Source: an uncultured Bacteroidota bacterium
GTDB taxonomy: Bacteria > Bacteroidota > Bacteroidia > AKYH767-A > JABDAW01
Direction: 5' to 3'
Length of the DNA: 48,898 bases
NCBI GenBank assembly: GCA_903911135.1
Contig: CAIWCG010000072.1
Span: 1 to 48,898, forward strand
The position numbers were made by a program, and so were the translations under genes. Positions 43,900 to 48,898 of the stretch are shown in pieces. The notes under the pieces were generated by a model. It had not been told where the DNA came from. It was given only the letters and a program-made list of their open reading frames with translations, and made no database searches. Each line of letters begins with the position of its first letter. Position 1 is the first letter of the stretch.

Positions 43900-45177
43900 A
43901 TGAATATTATTTCCCCTAGAAAAATTCGTTATAAGCTCCTTATCTATTGGAAAAAGCTTGGTCCTGGTTTGATAACTGGCAGCAGCGATGACGATCCGTC
44001 GGGGATAGCAACTTATTCGCAGGCTGGGGCAGCTTATGGCCTCACTACCCTTTGGACAGCCTTGATTACCTTTCCTTTGATGGCTGCAATACAAGAGATG
44101 TGTGCCCGAATAGGTATCGTTACCAGTGAAGGACTTACCGGTACGCTCAAAAAGCATTATCCTCGCCCCATTTTATATTTGATGTTGCTCTTTAGCTTTC
44201 CTGCTATCGTATTAAACATAGGTGCGGACATCGCAGGGATGGGTGCTGTAGGAAATCTACTCTTCCCTACCATCGATGCCACCTTCTTTTCCGTCGTGTT
44301 CACCATCATATTGCTGGTGGCCATCATCTATTTGCCCTATCAGAAACTTGCAGCGGCATTAAAGTACTTGTGCATCGTGTTATTGGTTTATGTTATCGTT
44401 CCTTTCCTCTATCATCAGGACTTATTGGAAATCCTTAAGGCCACATTCGTTCCCACTATCCATTTCGACATTACCTTTATCAGCATTTTGGTTGGCATAT
44501 TGGGAACTACCATTTCGCCATACCTCTTTTTCTGGCAGACTACCATGGAAGTGGAGAAGATGAAACAGAAAAAGTACCAGCTTATGGTCAACCACAACAT
44601 CATTAGGGAAATGAAGAAAGACGTGGACTTCGGGATGCTCTTTTCCAACCTCGTCATGTTTTTCATTATCCTCACCACAGGCACCGTTTTGTTCAAAGGC
44701 GGCATCCATCAGATAGATACCGTAGAGCAAGCCGCCCAAGCCCTAAAGCCTTTAGCCGGCAGGGCAGCCTATTTGCTCTTTGCCGTAGGCGTTATAGGCA
44801 CAGGGTTTCTCGCTATACCCGTTTTGAGCGGCTCTTTATCCTATATCTTCTGCCAAACCTTCGGATGGAAAGAGGGTCTCGACAAAACCTTCTACGAAGC
44901 CCGTCCATTCTACTCCATCCTCGCCATATCGCTCATCCTTGGCCTCTCGCTGAACTACATCGGCATCACACCCATACAGGCATTGATATATTCCGCCATT
45001 TTATACGGCCTTTCAGCCCCCGTTCTCATCGCCATGATACTCCACATCTCGAATAACAAGAAGATAATGGGCGAATTCACCAACAATAGGCTCTCCAACA
45101 TCTTAGGTTTCTCCGCCTTGGCATTGATGACGGTGGCAGCCCTAGTTTTAATCTACCTAACCATCTTCAAACCCTAA
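43900..45177 (+). CDS. Nramp-related transporter with a non-canonical metal-site signature
   Basis: 425 aa with about 11 TM helices. TM1 reads DDDPSGIATYS (not DPGN) and the TM6 region reads TTISPYLFFW (not MPH). Confidence 0.8.
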   Translation: MNIISPRKIRYKLLIYWKKLGPGLITGSSDDDPSGIATYSQAGAAYGLTTLWTALITFPLMAAIQEMCARIGIVTSEGLTGTLKKHYPRPILYLMLLFSFPAIVLNIGADIAGMGAVGNLLFPTIDATFFSVVFTIILLVAIIYLPYQKLAAALKYLCIVLLVYVIVPFLYHQDLLEILKATFVPTIHFDITFISILVGILGTTISPYLFFWQTTMEVEKMKQKKYQLMVNHNIIREMKKDVDFGMLFSNLVMFFIILTTGTVLFKGGIHQIDTVEQAAQALKPLAGRAAYLLFAVGVIGTGFLAIPVLSGSLSYIFCQTFGWKEGLDKTFYEARPFYSILAISLILGLSLNYIGITPIQALIYSAILYGLSAPVLIAMILHISNNKKIMGEFTNNRLSNILGFSALALMTVAALVLIYLTIFKP

Positions 45178-45387
45178 AAAACAAGCATTTTATCCATCCG
45201 TTCGATGATGCTTTTATGAGTTCGCCACTGCTGTGGACGAAATTATAAAAGCATCATGAATAAAGAAAACCGTCATTCATTATATATAGTCATCATTATT
45301 GATGATTTAAGTTTTTTTATGATTGCTAAATATCCCCTTTTGGCAAGTTTCAGCTTGAGATTGACCAAAACCACCTTAAAAGCACAG

Positions 45388-45597
45388 AAAAAAGAAGTCT
45401 TGTTTGGAAAAAAAGAAGTCTTGACGGGCAAAAAAGAAGTCTTGACGGACAAAAAAGAAGTCTTGACGGGCAAAAAAGAAGTCTTGATGAGCAAAAAAGA
45501 AGTCTTGACGAGCAAAAAAGAAGTCTTGACGAGCAAAAAAGAAGTCTTGACGGACAAAAAAGAAGTCTTGACGGGCAAAAAAGAAATCCTTTCGGGG
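45388..45597. repeat. TR-12: tandem array, 10 units of 21 bp (AAAAAAGAAGTCTTGACGRRC)
   Basis: Unit starts at 45388, 45409 ... 45577. One A6 tract per unit. Four of six frames are stop-free (ORFs 45256-45708 plus, and three on minus). Confidence 0.95.
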
Positions 45598-45666
45598 CAT
45601 TATCAAGCATCATTATCAATAATCAATACCTATATATATGGTATCATCATCAAAAATTTCAATATC

Positions 45667-45689
45667 ATAATAGCTTCTTTTCAAGCCAT
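45667..45689 (+). repeat. 23-nt motif ATAATAGCTTCTTTTCAAGCCAT flanking TR-12 (identical to 14628-14650)
   Basis: Exact 23-mer match in the same orientation relative to the array. Confidence 0.85.
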
Positions 45690-45764
45690 GATGCTATTGA
45701 AAGAATAAGGAATCTGGTTATAATTATTTAACTTCGCCCTCAATTAAAAATAAATGCGCTTAGG

Positions 45765-46787
45765 ATGAATAAGAACAGGGTTTATGTGATAGTGTTTCTG
45801 CTGCTGGCCATAACGGCTGGGGTGTTGGTTTTTACCAACCGAAAGAGCACCATCAAGGATGAGTTGAAGGATTTTGCGGTGAAGGATACGGCGGCAATAA
45901 CCAAGATTTTTATGGCAGATAAGAGCCCTGCACAAGTAACGCTGACCAAAGAGGGGCCAGGCATGTGGACGGTGAACGGCAAATATGCCGCCAGGAAGGA
46001 TGAAATGGATAATCTGCTGGAAACGATACATAATGTGGACGTGAGAACGCCGGTTTCGAAGGCGGGCTATAACAATGTGATAAAAGCATTGGCGGTGGCG
46101 AGCACCAAGGTGGAGATTTATGTAAAAGACAAGCTGATAAAGACGTACTATGTTGGGGGTTCTACGGCGGATAACATGGGTACGTTCATGATGATTGAGA
46201 ATTCGAGCACGCCATTCGTTACTTACATACCAGGGTTCAATGGTTATCTGACCACAAGGTATTTTACCAACGAAATGGCTTGGAGGGATAGGACCATATT
46301 CAACTATAATCAAGAAGAGATGGCGAGCATCAAGGTGGAGTATCCGGTGGTGGACAAAAAGCATTCGTTTGAGGTGATTCCAAAGACCTTTACGGTAAGT
46401 CAAGTGGGCGAAGCGCCAATAACGGATACGGCCAGAGTAGGACGATATGTGGGTTTGTTCAAACATGTCAACTTTGAGGGATTTGCAGATGGGGTGACCA
46501 AAGAAACACGGGATTCGGTGCTGAAAACAAAGCCTCTTTCTGTAATCACCATCACCGATACGAAGGGAAACAAGGATGAAATCAGGGCCTACTTGAAGAT
46601 GGTGAACAAAAAGGATTCGCTCATGGAGGATGAATATGGCAAACACATAATTTACGATGTGGACAGGATGTTTGCATTGATAAATAACGGGAAAGACTTT
46701 GTGGTTATTCAACATTTCATCTTTGATCCGATAATGGTGTCGTATGATTACTTCAAGAAAAGTTCGGTTAATAAGCCAAAAACATAA
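45765..46787 (+). CDS. Hypothetical membrane-anchored protein (DUF4340-like by recollection)
   Basis: 340 aa with an N-terminal TM (VYVIVFLLLAITAGVLVF) and ordinary composition. The antisense 323-aa ORF is His/Arg/Cys-rich and was rejected. Confidence 0.6.
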   Translation: MNKNRVYVIVFLLLAITAGVLVFTNRKSTIKDELKDFAVKDTAAITKIFMADKSPAQVTLTKEGPGMWTVNGKYAARKDEMDNLLETIHNVDVRTPVSKAGYNNVIKALAVASTKVEIYVKDKLIKTYYVGGSTADNMGTFMMIENSSTPFVTYIPGFNGYLTTRYFTNEMAWRDRTIFNYNQEEMASIKVEYPVVDKKHSFEVIPKTFTVSQVGEAPITDTARVGRYVGLFKHVNFEGFADGVTKETRDSVLKTKPLSVITITDTKGNKDEIRAYLKMVNKKDSLMEDEYGKHIIYDVDRMFALINNGKDFVVIQHFIFDPIMVSYDYFKKSSVNKPKT

Positions 46788-46825
46788 AATTATAAGAATT
46801 CATTCTTGATTTAGATAATATAAAT

Positions 46826-46833
46826 TATCTTTG
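46826..46833 (+). promoter_or_regulatory. -7 promoter box (TATCTTTG) for dnaN
   Basis: Exact TAnnTTTG followed by CAACC, 24 nt upstream of the ATG at 46857. Confidence 0.5.
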
Positions 46834-46856
46834 CAACCTTAATAAATAATAAAAAC

Positions 46857-47981
46857 ATGAAATTCATTGTATCCAGCGGGTCGTTATTGAAGAACCTGCA
46901 AAGCATAAGTGGGGTTTTGAATACCAATACGCCACTTCCCATCTTGGAAAACTTTCTTTTCGACATAACGGATGGTACCTTGACGATATCAGCCTCCGAT
47001 TTGGAAACCACCATGACCACCAAGATGAACATAGAGGCCAGAGAGAACGGAAAGATTGCCATTCCAGCAAGAATATTGCTCGATACATTGAAAACCTTCC
47101 CAGAGCAACCATTGACATTCACCTTCAAGGCAGAAGACTTTGCCATTGAGTTAAGCTCGGATTATGGTAAGTATAACCTGACTGGCCAAGACGGAGAAGA
47201 GTTCCCAAGAATCCCGATAATAGAGGACAGCAAGACGATAGAAATGCCTACCAAGGTATTGGCAGATGCCATCAGCAAAACGGTATTTGCCACCGGCAAC
47301 GATGAATTGCGCCCTGTGATGACAGGAGTGTTCTTTCAGTTAGGACTGGATAACATTACCTTCGTGGCAACCGATGCCCACAAGTTGGTACGTTATAGAA
47401 GGAACGACCTGAAGTCGGAAGTGGAGACCTCATTCATACTTCCAAAGAAACCATTGAACCTTTTGAAAAACACATTGCCTTTGGAAGACACCAAAGTGAA
47501 CATTGACTATAACAACTCCAATGCGTTCTTCTCTTTCAATAACATTTCCCTGATATGCAGGTTGATTGATGGAAGGTATCCTAACTATGAGGCGGTAATA
47601 CCCCAGGAAAACCCAAACAAGCTTACCGTCGACAGGATTTCATTCTTGAATTCCATAAGACGTGTAGCCATTTTCTCAAATAAATCCACCCACCAGGTAA
47701 GATTAAAGATTACTGGCAGCGAACTACAGGTATCTGCCGAAGACTTGGATTTTGCCAACGCAGCGGTAGAGCGAATGAGTTGCAGCTATGTCGGCGAAGA
47801 CATGGAAATAGGTTTCAATGCAAGATTTCTGTTGGATATGCTCAACAACTTAAGCACTGCCGAAGTGTTGATAGAGATGTCCACATCAAACAGAGCCGGT
47901 TTATTGCTCGAAGCACCCAATGAACGCAATAACGACGAGGATATCCTCATGTTGGTAATGCCTGTCATGCTGAACAGTTAA
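46857..47981 (+). CDS. dnaN: DNA polymerase III beta sliding clamp
   Basis: 374 aa. MKFIVSSGSLLKNLQSISGVL..PILENFLF, ATDAHKLV, LIDGRYPNY, MPVML. Confidence 0.95.
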   Translation: MKFIVSSGSLLKNLQSISGVLNTNTPLPILENFLFDITDGTLTISASDLETTMTTKMNIEARENGKIAIPARILLDTLKTFPEQPLTFTFKAEDFAIELSSDYGKYNLTGQDGEEFPRIPIIEDSKTIEMPTKVLADAISKTVFATGNDELRPVMTGVFFQLGLDNITFVATDAHKLVRYRRNDLKSEVETSFILPKKPLNLLKNTLPLEDTKVNIDYNNSNAFFSFNNISLICRLIDGRYPNYEAVIPQENPNKLTVDRISFLNSIRRVAIFSNKSTHQVRLKITGSELQVSAEDLDFANAAVERMSCSYVGEDMEIGFNARFLLDMLNNLSTAEVLIEMSTSNRAGLLLEAPNERNNDEDILMLVMPVMLNS

Positions 47982-48011
47982 TTCGCCGATCACAAACCGA
48001 ATAAAAATAAG

Positions 48012-48049
48012 AAAGCCCTCTGATAGTTTTATCAGAGGGCTTTCCTTTT
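48012..48049. terminator. Bidirectional terminator between dnaN and rpmA
   Basis: 14-bp perfect stem AAAGCCCTCTGATA / TATCAGAGGGCTTT with a 4-nt loop. T-rich on the plus side and A-rich upstream. Confidence 0.8.
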
Positions 48050-48063
48050 AATTAAAAGATAAA

Positions 48064-48336
48064 TTATGCCGTAGCAGTTTCTTCATGAGGTACCACAGAT
48101 ACCCAAGAACGATTGTCGGATTTCTTTTGATATTTCACCCTTCCATCTACCAATGCAAAAATGGTATGGTCTTTTCCCATGCCTACATTTACACCTGGAT
48201 GATGAACGGTTCCACGTTGACGGACGATGATGTTACCGGCTCTCACAATGTGATTGCCATAAATCTTGATGCCTAAACGTTTACTATGCGATTCTCTACC
48301 GTTTGACGAGCTACCCGCTCCTTTTTTATGTGCCAT
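48064..48336 (-). CDS. rpmA: 50S ribosomal protein L27
   Basis: 90 aa. [24 protein letters not shown]... Confidence 0.95.
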   Translation of the reverse strand: MAHKKGAGSSSNGRESHSKRLGIKIYGNHIVRAGNIIVRQRGTVHHPGVNVGMGKDHTIFALVDGRVKYQKKSDNRSWVSVVPHEETATA

Positions 48337-48365
48337 TTTCTATTTATTTTAATGATTTTTACAAA

Positions 48366-48677
48366 TTAACCTTTAATTTCGTTCACCATGATTTTGGTGA
48401 ATTGCTGACGATGACCAGTTCTTTTCTGGTATCCTTTTCTACGTTTTTTCTTGAAGATGATCACCTTATCGCCCTTGGCATGTTCCACTATGGTTGCCGA
48501 TACGGAAGCATTCTTTACTGTTGGAGTTCCAACCTTAACCTTACCTTCATTATCAACCAGATAGACATCATCAAAAGTCAGTTTATCTCCTTCATTTCCT
48601 TCTAACCTGTGAACAAACAAACTCATGTCTTTTTCAACTTTGAACTGCTGTCCTGCTATGTTTACAATTGCGTACAT
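48366..48677 (-). CDS. rplU: 50S ribosomal protein L21
   Basis: 103 aa from the ATG at 48677 (MYAIVNIAGQQFKVEKD). The longer ORF-track start at 48728 would run through the promoter box. Confidence 0.95.
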   Translation of the reverse strand: MYAIVNIAGQQFKVEKDMSLFVHRLEGNEGDKLTFDDVYLVDNEGKVKVGTPTVKNASVSATIVEHAKGDKVIIFKKKRRKGYQKRTGHRQQFTKIMVNEIKG

Positions 48678-48716
48678 TTTTATAATTATTAGATTTTTAT
48701 TCCTTATTTGGGGCTG

Positions 48717-48724
48717 CAAATGTA
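48717..48724 (-). promoter_or_regulatory. -7 promoter box (TACATTTG on minus strand) for rplU-rpmA
   Basis: Plus strand reads CAAATGTA preceded by GGGGCTG (i.e. TACATTTGCAGCCCC). 39 nt upstream of the rplU ATG. Confidence 0.5.
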
Positions 48725-48798
48725 GCAAAAGTATTTTATATTCCTAACAGACCCGATAATTTTTTATTGAAAACTACCCAATTCAATCCCCTGCTCCA

Positions 48799-48840
48799 CA
48801 TTTATAATTCCTAATTCATCATTTATAATTTCAATAAGGA
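48799..48840. repeat. Two 21-bp units (CATTTATAATT...) next to AGCGG element copy 3
   Basis: CATTTATAATT occurs at 48799 and 48820, exactly 21 bp apart. The remainder of the units has diverged. Confidence 0.4.
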
Positions 48841-48898
48841 GCCTATGCCCTCTTCTCGTCCCATCTACGTCCCGCTATCCGCTGTAGCCGCTGCATCC
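48838..48898 (-). repeat. AGCGG element, copy 3, 3' part, inverted orientation, cut by window end
   Basis: Minus strand reads GGATGCAGCGGCTACAGCGGATAGCGGGAC-GTAGATGG-GACGAG-AAGAGGGCA-TAGGCTCC. This is the same block order as copies 1 and 2, with the variable blocks differing. Confidence 0.8.

Noticed and set aside
45744-46715. 323-aa minus-strand ORF
   Set aside because: It is antisense to the 340-aa membrane-anchored protein gene. It is very rich in His, Arg, Cys and Ile, and has no start context or promoter box.
46700-46860. Replication origin next to dnaN, or arrays acting as iterons
   Set aside because: No cluster of DnaA boxes (TTATCCACA) is visible. Only isolated near-matches occur (e.g. 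11752, 27565, 45192). dnaA is not adjacent. The arrays are spread over the whole window rather than concentrated at one locus.
1-48898. Mobile genetic element, prophage, integron or defence island
   Set aside because: No transposase, integrase, recombinase, reverse transcriptase, phage structural, restriction-modification, toxin-antitoxin or cas-like ORF is present in the six-frame track. Gene content is largely core metabolism and translation.

Overview
The window reads as chromosomal DNA from a member of the Bacteroidota. Two secreted proteins carry T9SS C-terminal sorting domains, TAnnTTTG -7 promoter boxes precede most transcription units, and the sequence is moderately AT-rich by eye. 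I support 39 CDS and 1 tRNA.

Gene content is mostly housekeeping or respiratory:
- a partial System I cytochrome c maturation set (ccmB-ccmC-ccmD)
- a clade II (Sec-type) nitrous-oxide reductase cluster (Rrf2 regulator, nosZ, nosB-like, nosL, nosD, nosF, nosY)
- two POT peptide transporters, an M1 aminopeptidase and an S1-like protease
- an MBOAT plus two SGNH O-acylation operon
- ettA, hisS, hutH and tRNA-Met
- an Nramp-USP fusion and a second, non-canonical Nramp
- SulP, ric/ytfE, an OmpA-family protein, queE, folD, ffh, dnaN, rpmA and rplU
- a small block of orphan genes (37744-41391)

I see no transposase, integrase, cas, phage or recognisable defence genes.

The unusual signal is non-coding. 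Every non-tRNA intergenic spacer of 320 bp or more holds a tandem array. The unit sequence is locus-specific, but the unit length is always 21 bp or 42 bp. There are 12 arrays, about 2.8 kb in total.

A conserved, apparently structured element of about 100-220 nt occurs at least three times (1-99, 28091-28309 and 48838-48898 on the minus strand). Both ends of the window fall inside copies of it.

All coordinates, unit counts and identities were counted by hand. No database search or folding program was run, so family names rest on motifs I recognise. The novelty of the repeats is unverified.
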